From NCBI GenBank assembly GCA_041671325.1, contig JBAZBR010000001.1, positions 153,771-217,770 on the forward strand: a stretch of DNA of 64,000 bases, read 5' to 3'. Positions 1-8,542 of this stretch are shown here, piece after piece. The notes below the pieces were generated by a model. It was not told where the DNA came from. It made no database searches and worked only from the letters and a program-made list of their open reading frames with translations. This DNA comes from Patescibacteria group bacterium (lineage in GTDB: Bacteria; Patescibacteriota; Patescibacteriia; PEXW01). A program made the translations under genes and the position numbers. Every line of letters starts with the position of its first letter. Position 1 is the first letter of the stretch.

Positions 1-926
1 TTGAAGCCAAAGAATTAGATCGGGAAAGGGGCGTTATAATCGAAGAAATCAACATGTATGAAGACAACCCCATGGCGCACATTGAGGATGTTTTCGAAAA
101 TGGTTTGTATGGCGACACGCCTTTGGGCTGGAATATTGCCGGAAAAAAAGAGGGGATTACTAAAATGTCCAGGGAAAAAATGCTGGCTTACAAAAATAAA
201 TATTATATCGGCAGGAATATGTGGCTGGTCATTGCCGGTAAAGTGCCGGAGAATTTAAATCAATTGATCAAAAAATATTTCAACTTGATTCCTGGGAAAA
301 GCAATGTGCCAAAGTATGTGGGGCAAAAGGGATATTCAAAAAATAAAATCCACTTGCAATACAAAGAGACAGAACAATCACATTTGATAATTGGCGGGCC
401 TGGGCTGAAATATTCTGCTAAGGAGCTAAACGCGGTTTCATTATTAGCAATTATGCTAGGCGGAAATATGAGTTCCAGGCTATTCATTGAAATTCGGGAA
501 AGAATGGGCTTGTGTTATTTTATCCGCGCAGGCTTGAGTCCCTATGAAGACATTGGGCATTTTCAAGTCCAAGCTGGGTTGGATAAAACCAGGATAAAAG
601 AAGCCATCCCCGCAATTCTGCAGGAAATTTCTAAAATGCAGAAAGGCGATTTTAGCCCCGAAGAATTAAGGCGGGCAAAGGAATTTATTAAAGGCAAATT
701 TATTTTGGAACTGGAAGATTCAGAAAATATTGCCGGCTGGATGGGCAAACAGGCCTTATTCATGAAAAAAATCAAGACTGCCAAGGAAAGGATTGCAGAA
801 GTTGAGGCGGTAAAAATAAACGAAGTTAAAAAAATCGCTAAACAAGTTTTAGATATAAAGAATTTCCATCTGGCCATCATCGGACCTTATAAGGACCAAA
901 AGGTTTTTGAAAAATTCATTAACTAG
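1..926 (+). CDS. M16-family (pitrilysin/insulinase-like) peptidase, C-terminal part; the reading frame continues upstream of the window
   Basis: The frame is open from base 3 (EAKELDRERGVIIEEINMYED...). The domain architecture and length are typical of the inactive C-terminal half of M16 peptidases. There is no stop until 926. Confidence 0.55.
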   Translation, partial: EAKELDRERGVIIEEINMYEDNPMAHIEDVFENGLYGDTPLGWNIAGKKEGITKMSREKMLAYKNKYYIGRNMWLVIAGKVPENLNQLIKKYFNLIPGKSNVPKYVGQKGYSKNKIHLQYKETEQSHLIIGGPGLKYSAKELNAVSLLAIMLGGNMSSRLFIEIRERMGLCYFIRAGLSPYEDIGHFQVQAGLDKTRIKEAIPAILQEISKMQKGDFSPEELRRAKEFIKGKFILELEDSENIAGWMGKQALFMKKIKTAKERIAEVEAVKINEVKKIAKQVLDIKNFHLAIIGPYKDQKVFEKFIN

Positions 927-928
927 AC

Positions 929-1735
929 GTGCGAGTCCAAACTTTCATCAAGAAAGGCTCGGGTAAAATTTTGGAGGATGCTTTGATTGTTAAGCCTCCA
1001 GTTTTTGGGGTTTTTGACGGGGCCACAGGTTTAGACGAATTTGCTAATAACAAAGGCTTGACAGGCGGTTATTTGGCGGCGAGTCTGGCAAAAAAGATTT
1101 TTGCTAATTCTAAAATGACATTAGCAAAATCTGCCGTGAGTTTGAACAATAAACTGCGAATTACCATGCAGAAAGAGGGGATAAACATAAACGAGAAGTT
1201 CCGGCGTTGGGCCCTAGCTTTAGCAGCAATTAAAATCTATGATAAATATTTTGAATGGATACAAATTACCGATTGTTCAATTTTGGTTATTTATAAAACT
1301 GGCAAATGCAGGCTTTTAGTAGAAAATTATGAAATTGATAGAGATCTGTTACTATTATGGCAAAAATATTCAATGTTAAAAATCAAAGATATTTTTACTA
1401 TAATTAAACCAATTATTCGTGAAAAGAGAAATGATGCCAACAAAAAATATGGCCTAATTGATGGGGGTTTAAAGATGGAAAAATTTTTACGATTAGGCAA
1501 AGTAAATTTAGAAGGGATCAAACATGTAATTCTTTTTACTGACGGCTTCCTTCCGCCAAAAAAAGATCCTCGAAAAAAAGATGATTTTTCGAATTTTGTA
1601 AGATTGTTTGAAAAGGGCGGTTTAAAATTAGTTGCCAAAACTCATTGGCAAATTCAAAGCGCTGATCCTTGGGGCTGGAAATATATCCGCTTGAAAAAAC
1701 ATGATGATATGGCGGCCATAGCCTTGAGTTTTTAA
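929..1735 (+). CDS. PP2C/PPM-like phosphatase-fold protein (degenerate)
   Basis: It has a GTG start. The motifs VFGVFDGATG and ILFTDGF resemble PPM motifs 1 and 8. The assignment is weak. Confidence 0.35.
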   Translation: MRVQTFIKKGSGKILEDALIVKPPVFGVFDGATGLDEFANNKGLTGGYLAASLAKKIFANSKMTLAKSAVSLNNKLRITMQKEGININEKFRRWALALAAIKIYDKYFEWIQITDCSILVIYKTGKCRLLVENYEIDRDLLLLWQKYSMLKIKDIFTIIKPIIREKRNDANKKYGLIDGGLKMEKFLRLGKVNLEGIKHVILFTDGFLPPKKDPRKKDDFSNFVRLFEKGGLKLVAKTHWQIQSADPWGWKYIRLKKHDDMAAIALSF

Positions 1736-1774
1736 GTTTTTGCCCTAAAAACCAAATACCGATATAATTATCCC

Positions 1775-2839
1775 ATGGCAGATACTATTAATAACCCAGG
1801 AAGTTTTTCCATAAACATATCAACCTCAACTATGTTGAGGGTGGTTTTAATCATAATTTTATTGGCTTTTGCCTATGCTATTAGGGAAGTCTTTGTTTTA
1901 TTCATCGTTGCTTTGGTTTTAGCTACGGCCTTAGACCCGATGGTGGATAAAATGGCTACCCGAAGGATCCCCAGAACTTTAAGCGTAATCATGCTTTACA
2001 TTGTACTTTTTGGCACCATAGCTTTGATTTTAGCCTTAATAATTCCGGCTTTAGTTAACCAGGTTAATGAATTATCCTCAAGTTTCCCAAGTTTATACCA
2101 AAAATTTGTTGATGAATTTACTGCATTACGCGATATTTCCGCCAATGCCGGGTTCCAAAATAGCATTAGTAATTTCTTGCAATCTTTGCAGATGAATGTT
2201 GGCAAGGCGGGAACCAGCATCTTTGGCGCCATTACCAGTTTTTTTGGCGGCTTGATTGCTTTTATCGCCATTCTGATCATGACTTATTACATGCTGAGTG
2301 AAGAAAATGGCATGAAAAAGTTCTTTACTAATATTGCCCCAGTAAAATACCAACCGTTCATTAACCAACTTTTAATCAAAGTCCAATTCAAGCTCGGCGG
2401 CTGGTTAAGGGGACAGCTATTGATCATGTTGATTGTGGCAGTTACAGATTTTATCGGCATGTCTATTATTGGCGTAAAATACGCGCTGGTCCTGGCATTG
2501 TTTGCCGGGCTTCTGGAAATCGTGCCTTTGGTCGGTTCGACCATCGCGGCAATACCGGCAGTTTTTGTGGCCTTTACTTTAAGCCCGCTTAAAGGCATTT
2601 TAACTCTCATTCTATTCTTTGTGGTTCAGCAAATCCAGAATAATTTCATATCCCCAAAAGTCATGAAAAGCAATACTGGCCTGCATTCGGTAGTGACCAT
2701 CGTAGTCTTGTTAATTGGCGGGAAAATCGCTGGCTTGTTGGGCATCCTTTTAGCAATTCCAGTCACTTTAATCATTATGACAATTTATTCCGAAATTTGG
2801 GGCAAGCGTCGGGCAGAAGAAATGACCTTGGAACAATAG
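1775..2839 (+). CDS. AI-2E family transporter (PerM/UPF0118)
   Basis: It is a multi-TM protein with the characteristic LEIVPLVGSTIAAIPAV segment. Confidence 0.7.
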   Translation: MADTINNPGSFSINISTSTMLRVVLIIILLAFAYAIREVFVLFIVALVLATALDPMVDKMATRRIPRTLSVIMLYIVLFGTIALILALIIPALVNQVNELSSSFPSLYQKFVDEFTALRDISANAGFQNSISNFLQSLQMNVGKAGTSIFGAITSFFGGLIAFIAILIMTYYMLSEENGMKKFFTNIAPVKYQPFINQLLIKVQFKLGGWLRGQLLIMLIVAVTDFIGMSIIGVKYALVLALFAGLLEIVPLVGSTIAAIPAVFVAFTLSPLKGILTLILFFVVQQIQNNFISPKVMKSNTGLHSVVTIVVLLIGGKIAGLLGILLAIPVTLIIMTIYSEIWGKRRAEEMTLEQ

Positions 2840-2845
2840 GATAAT

Positions 2846-4309
2846 ATGAAAAAAAATCTGGTACCCTTATTAATTACCACGCCTATTTATTATGCCAATG
2901 CGGCGCCGCATGTGGGCTCGGCTTATACGACTATTGCCACGGATGTGTTAGCCAGGTTTTGGCGTAGCCAAGGCAGAAAAGTTTTTTTTCTGACTGGAAC
3001 TGATGAACATGGCTCAAAAGTGGCTGAGGCGGCCAATAAAGCAGGGGTAGATCCCCAGGCTTTTGTTGACCAGCAAGCAAAAGTTTTCAAAGCCGCTTTT
3101 GAAGAGCTGAATATCAGTTTTAACCGTTTTATCCGGACAACCGAATCAGACCATGTTTTAGGCGTTGAGGTATTTTTGGACAAATTAAAAAAAGCCCAGA
3201 CCCCCCTGGGCAATCCCGCAATTTATGAAGGCGAGTATAAAGGTCTATATTGCCAAGGCTGTGAAAAATTCATAACCGAAAAAGAACTGGTTGACGGTAA
3301 ATGCCCATTGCATCTCACGGTGCCGCAGCATTTGGTTGAAAACAATTATTTTTTCAGGCTTTCAGACTATTTACCGGATTTAAAAAAAGCCATTGTTAAA
3401 AACAAGATTAGCATTTTCCCTAAAACTGCACGGGAAGAAGTTTTGGGATATTTTAAACAAGGCCTGAATGATTTTTCCATTTCCCGGCAAAATGTGAAGT
3501 GGGGGATCCCACTGCCATTTGACAAGTCCCAGACGGCTTATGTTTGGGTGGATGCTTTGCCGAATTATTTGACTGGCATTGGTTTTGGCAAGAATACTTC
3601 ATACCGCAATTGGTGGCGAAGCGAAGTTATCCATTTCATGGCCAGGGATATTTTGAAATTCCATGCCATATATTGGCCAGCCTTGTTAATGGCCATTAAA
3701 GAACCCATTCCTGAAACTATCATTGCCCATGGCTATTTCACAATCGCGGGCAAGAAAATGAGCAAGTCTTTGGGTAATGTCATTTTGCCCTCGGAAATGA
3801 TTGCCAAATATGGGGTTGATGGCACGCGTTACCTTTTGCTGTCCGCTTTCCCGTTTGGCCAGGATGGGGATTTGCCAGTCGATAAGTTTGCTGAAAAATA
3901 TAATGCAGATTTGGCTAATGGCTTGGGCAACCTGGTTTCCAGGACTACCAACATGGTTGAAAGGTTTTTAGCTGGGAAGATTAAACCGGTTAAACCGCCA
4001 AAATCACTGGACAAGGCCCTGGGTTATATTGCCAAATACCAATTCAGCCAGGCTTTGAATGAGATCTGGAAAACTATCGCTTGGGCAAACCAGCAGATTG
4101 ATAATGCCAAGCCTTGGGAGCTTGCCAAAAATCAAGTAAAAGCTGATACTTTAAAATTAGAGGGGCTGTTGAATGGTTTAGTGGCGCAATTGCTAGAAAT
4201 TGCCAAAGTCCTTAAGTCTTTTATGCCTGAATCGTGCGAAAAAATTGAAAAAATTTTGAAAGCCAAAAAGATTCTAAAAAATTTACCCTTATTCATGCGG
4301 GTTGTATGA
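2846..4309 (+). CDS. metG: methionyl-tRNA synthetase
   Basis: It has a HIGH-like class I motif (AAPHVGSAY), a KMSKS motif, a CxxC...C zinc knuckle and a TDEHG motif. Confidence 0.85.
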   Translation: MKKNLVPLLITTPIYYANAAPHVGSAYTTIATDVLARFWRSQGRKVFFLTGTDEHGSKVAEAANKAGVDPQAFVDQQAKVFKAAFEELNISFNRFIRTTESDHVLGVEVFLDKLKKAQTPLGNPAIYEGEYKGLYCQGCEKFITEKELVDGKCPLHLTVPQHLVENNYFFRLSDYLPDLKKAIVKNKISIFPKTAREEVLGYFKQGLNDFSISRQNVKWGIPLPFDKSQTAYVWVDALPNYLTGIGFGKNTSYRNWWRSEVIHFMARDILKFHAIYWPALLMAIKEPIPETIIAHGYFTIAGKKMSKSLGNVILPSEMIAKYGVDGTRYLLLSAFPFGQDGDLPVDKFAEKYNADLANGLGNLVSRTTNMVERFLAGKIKPVKPPKSLDKALGYIAKYQFSQALNEIWKTIAWANQQIDNAKPWELAKNQVKADTLKLEGLLNGLVAQLLEIAKVLKSFMPESCEKIEKILKAKKILKNLPLFMRVV

Positions 4310-4821
4310 ACACCACAGATATAATTTTGTTAATACTTTTATTCGGTTTTACCTGGGCAGGTTTTTGGTATGGCTTGATCCAAACTCTGGGCGGTATTGT
4401 CGGGGTGGTAGCCGGGGCGATTATTGCCAGCCGCACTTATTCGGTTGCCGCCGGCTGGGTTGGCGGGGTTGGCACCCGGGCCGGTTTATCAGAATGGCTG
4501 GCTTTTTCGGTAATATTCGTGGTGGTAAACCGAGCTATGGCAATTGCCACGGGCTCAGTAGGAAAAATTTTAAACGTGGTAAAAGTTGTGCCTTTTGTCG
4601 GCACCATCAACCGGTTGGGCGGGGCTGTTGTTGGCTTGGCTGAAGGCGCCTTAGTCATAGGCTTGATAATTGCCATGGCCCAGAGGTTTGAATTAAGCCC
4701 GCAATTAGTAACCATGTTGGATAATTCAAGGGTCGCGAATATTCTGGGGGCTTTTGGTTCAAGCCTAATGCCTTTGATGCCTAGCGCCATCCGCGGGACA
4801 AAAGCTCTTTTAGGCGTTTAA
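4306..4821 (+). CDS. cvpA: CvpA-family membrane protein
   Basis: It is a small 4-TM protein of Gly/Ala-rich helices. Its start overlaps the metG stop (ATGA). Confidence 0.55.
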   Translation: MNTTDIILLILLFGFTWAGFWYGLIQTLGGIVGVVAGAIIASRTYSVAAGWVGGVGTRAGLSEWLAFSVIFVVVNRAMAIATGSVGKILNVVKVVPFVGTINRLGGAVVGLAEGALVIGLIIAMAQRFELSPQLVTMLDNSRVANILGAFGSSLMPLMPSAIRGTKALLGV

Positions 4822-5499
4822 ATGTCCGGCATACTTTACATTGTTGCCACGCCAATCGGGAATTTGTCAGACCTTTCGGTTCGGGCGAAAGAAGTTTTAG
4901 CGCATGTCAACGCGGTTTTGTCCGAAGACACGCGGGAGGCGGCAAAATTGTTGGCCCATATTGGCGCGGAAAAAACCGTCATCCGTTATGATGAGCATAC
5001 CCGTGGCGCAAGAGAAGACACGATTTTGAATAAATTAAAAAGCGGTGAAAGTTTAGCCTTGATTGCGGATAGGGGAACGCCGAATATTGCGGACCCAGGC
5101 GGTAGATTAGTGGAAAGGGTTTATAGAGAATGTCCGGGGGTAAAAGTCGTGCCCATACCCGGTCCTTCAGCCATGAGCGCGGCTTTGTCAGTCTGCGGTT
5201 TTCCTTTACAACAATTTTGCGGTTATGGCTTTTTGCCTTTGAAAAACAAAAGGCAAGCAATTTTAAGACAGATGGCTGAAGATCCTCGGCCAGCCGTATT
5301 TTTTGAATCACCGCATCGGATTGAAAAAGTCCTGACTTTTTTTATCGAAACTTGTCCGGACAGGGAAGTGTTTATCGGCCGGGAATTAACCAAGACTTTT
5401 GAACATCTTTATCGCGGCAAACCCGAAGAAGTTCTTAAAGCATTGCGAGCTGATGCAGTGAAGGGGGAGTTTGTGGTGGTTTTGGGACCGGGAAAGTAA
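4822..5499 (+). CDS. rsmI: 16S rRNA (cytidine1402-2'-O)-methyltransferase RsmI
   Basis: The N-terminus ILYIVATPIGNLSDLS is the tetrapyrrole-methylase-fold RsmI signature. Confidence 0.8.
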   Translation: MSGILYIVATPIGNLSDLSVRAKEVLAHVNAVLSEDTREAAKLLAHIGAEKTVIRYDEHTRGAREDTILNKLKSGESLALIADRGTPNIADPGGRLVERVYRECPGVKVVPIPGPSAMSAALSVCGFPLQQFCGYGFLPLKNKRQAILRQMAEDPRPAVFFESPHRIEKVLTFFIETCPDREVFIGRELTKTFEHLYRGKPEEVLKALRADAVKGEFVVVLGPGK

Positions 5500-5620
5500 A
5501 AAATGTTTGGTCTTGACCGCGCACCACTTTCTAAACAAATATCAATTTTATTAATTAATATGTTAGTTCGATAAATATCCTAATAATTCGAGTGTAGTTA
5601 TTATAGAAAGTGGTGCGGGG

Positions 5621-5649
5621 TTGACAGAATCATTAATCCATGATACTAT
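5621..5649 (+). promoter_or_regulatory. sigma70-like promoter (TTGACA, 17 nt spacer, TACTAT) upstream of the DGR target gene. An inverted repeat at 5508-5527 and 5601-5620 precedes it.
   Basis: The hexamers and spacing were read directly. The inverted repeat is ttgaccgcgcaccactttct / agaaagtggtgcgggg. Confidence 0.4.
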
Positions 5650-5850
5650 ACTTTGTTATTTAGTACCTTGAAAATCTACCCGCCCGCCACGGCTACGCCG
5701 TAGGCGTATCGGGCAGGCCTGCGAAACAACGTAGTCATAGCCAAAAGGTACTGATTATTTGGTACTTCCTGGCTACGACTACCAAGGTGGCGGTCCGCTG
5801 GCAATAAACCAAAATTGGCGAAACCCTAATTACAGAAAGGAAAAAACGCC

Positions 5851-6462
5851 ATGGATAAGCAAACAGGAAAACTGGTTGCTAGAATCTCCGAGAATCTTCC
5901 GGACATGGATCCTCGCCAGATGCAAATCTGGATCGACGATCCTAAAAGACTTCAAGTAGCTCTTGCAAACGCGCTCTGTCCGGTCAGAATGGTTGACGTT
6001 ACGACCAATGGTCGCGGCGGTGAGGAGTGGATTACCCACCTCGAAGAAAAACGCTACCGTGTTGGTGACTGGGCGAAGCAGCTACTCCGCAACAAGAAGT
6101 TTGTTGCCACGAACGGCAAAACCTACACTCTCGCCATCATCATGGGCGACGAGTTCAAGGATAATGAACGCACCAACAAGAACATCAGAGAAACTGCTCA
6201 CGCTCGTGGGTACCTTGATCCGTCTGTCGAACTTGGCCCCTACCTTCGCGAGATGTTCTCTGATGAAGATCTCAAGAAAATGGGCCTTTGGGCACTCATT
6301 CTCATGCATGAGCCCATTGCCGATTCGGTTGGTGACCTGTACATGCTTGGTGTCGACCGCTTCGATGTTGGTCGTTGGCTGAACACCTACCACGGTAACC
6401 CTGACGATGGGTGGAGTCGTGAGGTCGGGTTCATGTTCTTGGTTCCCGTAAGTAGCAATTAG
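5851..6462 (+). CDS. DGR target protein; its C-terminal 43 residues are the variable region (C-type-lectin-like VR, inferred)
   Basis: The 3' end of the gene is a 129-bp near-copy of the template repeat downstream, differing only at template adenines. There is no signal peptide or TM segment. Confidence 0.8.
   Translation: MDKQTGKLVARISENLPDMDPRQMQIWIDDPKRLQVALANALCPVRMVDVTTNGRGGEEWITHLEEKRYRVGDWAKQLLRNKKFVATNGKTYTLAIIMGDEFKDNERTNKNIRETAHARGYLDPSVELGPYLREMFSDEDLKKMGLWALILMHEPIADSVGDLYMLGVDRFDVGRWLNTYHGNPDDGWSREVGFMFLVPVSSN
6320..6448 (+). repeat. DGR variable region (VR)
   Basis: It aligns base-for-base with 6879-7007 and has 12 mismatches. Every mismatch has A in the TR copy and T, G or C in the VR copy. 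Confidence 0.9.
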
Positions 6463-6500
6463 TCCTTTGGACTTCTAACCTTTGGTCTTTTGGACCCTTG

Positions 6501-6532
6501 CCCGCCTCGACTCGACGTCTCGGCGAGGCGGG
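6501..6532 (+). promoter_or_regulatory. GC-rich hairpin downstream of VR (cccgcctcg ... cgaggcggg, 9-bp stem)
   Basis: It is a perfect inverted repeat 52 nt after the VR end. It resembles the hairpin/cruciform element required for DGR target recognition in characterised systems. Confidence 0.65.
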
Positions 6533-6878
6533 GCTTTAGCCCTTGGACAAACGTACAAACCCCGCATCTTGATTTCGTAACACACGAATGATGGATGTGG
6601 GGTTTATTTATTTCTGTTAAAATAAAGATGGTAGTAGGTGAATAGGTGGATGGCTACGGCTTTCCGCTACCGAATCCAGTGAACATATAACTCAGAATAT
6701 CTTCGGGTACGCCTTAAGATAGCGCAGTGTATGTGAACTTAAAAAAATGAAGCTACTTGGTATAGCGTCCTAGGGCATTTTATATGCCGGATTCGATTCA
6801 GCCTTGAGAGTATCCCGTTGCGACTTGCGCAGCGAGGCGAGTCAAGAGGCAGTGGCATGGGCGGTACGTTATACAAAT

Positions 6879-7007
6879 CCGATTCGGATGGTGACCTGAA
6901 CATGCTTGGTGTCAACCGCAACGATAATGGTCGTTGGCTGAACACCTACAACGGTAACCCTGACAATAGGTGGAATCGTGAGATCGGGTTCATGTTCTTG
7001 GTTCCCG
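6879..7007 (+). repeat. DGR template repeat (TR). It is non-coding, and the 6818..7069 ORF is an artefact of VR homology.
   Basis: Its codons corresponding to varied VR positions are AAC/AAT (N). It is followed by a small hairpin (ctctccc/gggagag) at 7024-7044. Confidence 0.9.
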
Positions 7008-7120
7008 CAACTCGCTTCGTCACTCTCCCTATTTATGGGGAGAGTTTTGTTTCCCCGTTAGAGGTGTAATATTAACAGTATCACTCTTGGACGACATTTT
7101 TTACTTAAACGTAAGAACCT

Positions 7121-7459
7121 CTAACGGGGTTTTGTCAGTTGGCCGTTCCACCCGCCCAACATTTTTCCGATTTCATCTATTTTCATGGACAACGCGATAT
7201 ACTTTTTGTTATCCAGCGATTTTGTTTCCCACAAGATCATTAAAAGTATTTTTAGCGTGTCTGTTTTTTGAATGGCGCGACGAACATAGGGCAATTTTTC
7301 AGTTCGTCCTAAAAAGCTTGCGGTAGCAATCGCTTCTATTGTTTCGATGAAGAGGGTATCAATGCGTTGACCTAATGTGTGCCTGTGTGTTTTTGGTATT
7401 GTTTGAAAATATCCGTACCAAAGCAAATACGCACTTTTTACCTTTTGCAGGACTGGCAA
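7121..7459 (-). CDS. avd: Avd-like accessory variability determinant (four-helix-bundle protein)
   Basis: It is about 112 aa with an IPKTHRH segment. Its C-terminal EIGKMLGGW segment parallels the Bordetella phage bAvd EVGRILGSW region. It lies between TR and RT on the opposite strand. Confidence 0.6.
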   Translation of the reverse strand: MPVLQKVKSAYLLWYGYFQTIPKTHRHTLGQRIDTLFIETIEAIATASFLGRTEKLPYVRRAIQKTDTLKILLMILWETKSLDNKKYIALSMKIDEIGKMLGGWNGQLTKPR

Positions 7460-8481
7460 AAGTCGGGGGGGGTAGGATTAAGAGTATGAGTAGGATGCAA
7501 CTCATTCATAGTTATCAGCATATCATTTCCATAGAAAATTTACTTGAGGCATGGCGAGAATTCTTGGTAGGAAAACGATCTCGTTTGGATGTGCAGGCAT
7601 TTGAGATTAACTTAATGAGTAATATCATATCGTTACATAATGATCTTGCTACCAAAAAGTATCAGCATTCGTCGTATGAAGCTTTTAATATTTCCGATCC
7701 AAAACCTCGCAACATTCATAAAGCCAAGGTGCGAGACAGGTTATTACATCACGCCCTATACCGTGTTTTGTATCCATTTTTTGATAAGACATTTGTTGCC
7801 GATTCGTATTCGTGCAGGATTGGGAAAGGGACACATAAAGCAATGGAGAGGTTTCGAGGATTCGCGAATAAGACATCTCGCAATAACACAAAAACATTGT
7901 GGGTGCTAAAGTGCGATGTCAAGAAATTTTTTGCATCCATTGACCAAACTTTGCTCATGGAAATTTTGAGTGAGTACATTCCGGATAACAATGTCAGATG
8001 GCTTATGGGTCAGATTATTGGCAGTTTTTATTCAACCGAAAAAGGCAAAGGGTTACCACTTGGCAACCTAACCTCGCAACTGTTCGTTAATATGTATATG
8101 AATGAATTTGATCAATTCGTAAAGCATAAACTTAAAGCCAAGTATTACATTCGCTATGCGGATGATTTTGTTTTCATGTCGGATAGTAAGGCGTGGTTAG
8201 AATCACTGGTTCCGTTGATTAGAGATTTTTTAGCAGTCAGACTTCGCCTCACCTTACATCCACAAAAATTATTTCTTAAAACCTTGGCTTCAGGCGTTGA
8301 CTTTCTGGGATGGGTGAATTTTCCCGATCATCGCGTGTTACGCACGACAGCCCGACGGCGGATGGAAAGTCGCATCATAGAGCATCCAACGAGTGAAACG
8401 ATCCAGTCTTATTTAGGCTTACTTAAACACGGGAATACTGAGAAAATTAAAGCACAAATGTTAGGTGGTCAATTTTTGTAG
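7375..8481 (+). CDS. DGR-type reverse transcriptase (the real start is probably ATG at 7486, MSRMQLIHSY)
   Basis: It has RT motifs including LGNLTSQ (the DGR-specific [ILV]GxxxSQ in place of QGxxxSP) and YADDFVF. The size of about 330 aa is typical of DGR RTs. An AGGA-like ribosome-binding site precedes 7486. Confidence 0.85.
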   Translation: MCACVFLVLFENIRTKANTHFLPFAGLAKVGGGRIKSMSRMQLIHSYQHIISIENLLEAWREFLVGKRSRLDVQAFEINLMSNIISLHNDLATKKYQHSSYEAFNISDPKPRNIHKAKVRDRLLHHALYRVLYPFFDKTFVADSYSCRIGKGTHKAMERFRGFANKTSRNNTKTLWVLKCDVKKFFASIDQTLLMEILSEYIPDNNVRWLMGQIIGSFYSTEKGKGLPLGNLTSQLFVNMYMNEFDQFVKHKLKAKYYIRYADDFVFMSDSKAWLESLVPLIRDFLAVRLRLTLHPQKLFLKTLASGVDFLGWVNFPDHRVLRTTARRRMESRIIEHPTSETIQSYLGLLKHGNTEKIKAQMLGGQFL

Positions 8482-8514
8482 CTGGATTAATCCAAGATTT
8501 TAAAAATTAACCGC

Positions 8515-8542
8515 TTGACTTTTTGCTGAAAATTACTACAAT
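8515..8542 (+). promoter_or_regulatory. sigma70-like promoter (TTGACT, 16 nt spacer, TACAAT) for the atp operon leader
   Basis: The hexamers were read directly. It is followed by a leader of about 230 nt with alternative pairings (atcctcc/ggaggat; cctccttcg/cgaaggagg). Confidence 0.4.

Noticed and set aside
5759-6382. ORFs 5759..5959 + and 5963..6382 + around the DGR target gene
   Set aside because: They are out-of-frame overlaps of the better-supported 5851..6462 ORF, whose C-terminus carries the VR in the correct codon register (AAC codons in TR).
6818-7069. 83-aa ORF overlapping the DGR template repeat
   Set aside because: It is simply the TR read in the VR frame. It has no ribosome-binding site, and TRs are non-coding templates. 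Its apparent protein similarity is entirely due to VR/TR homology.
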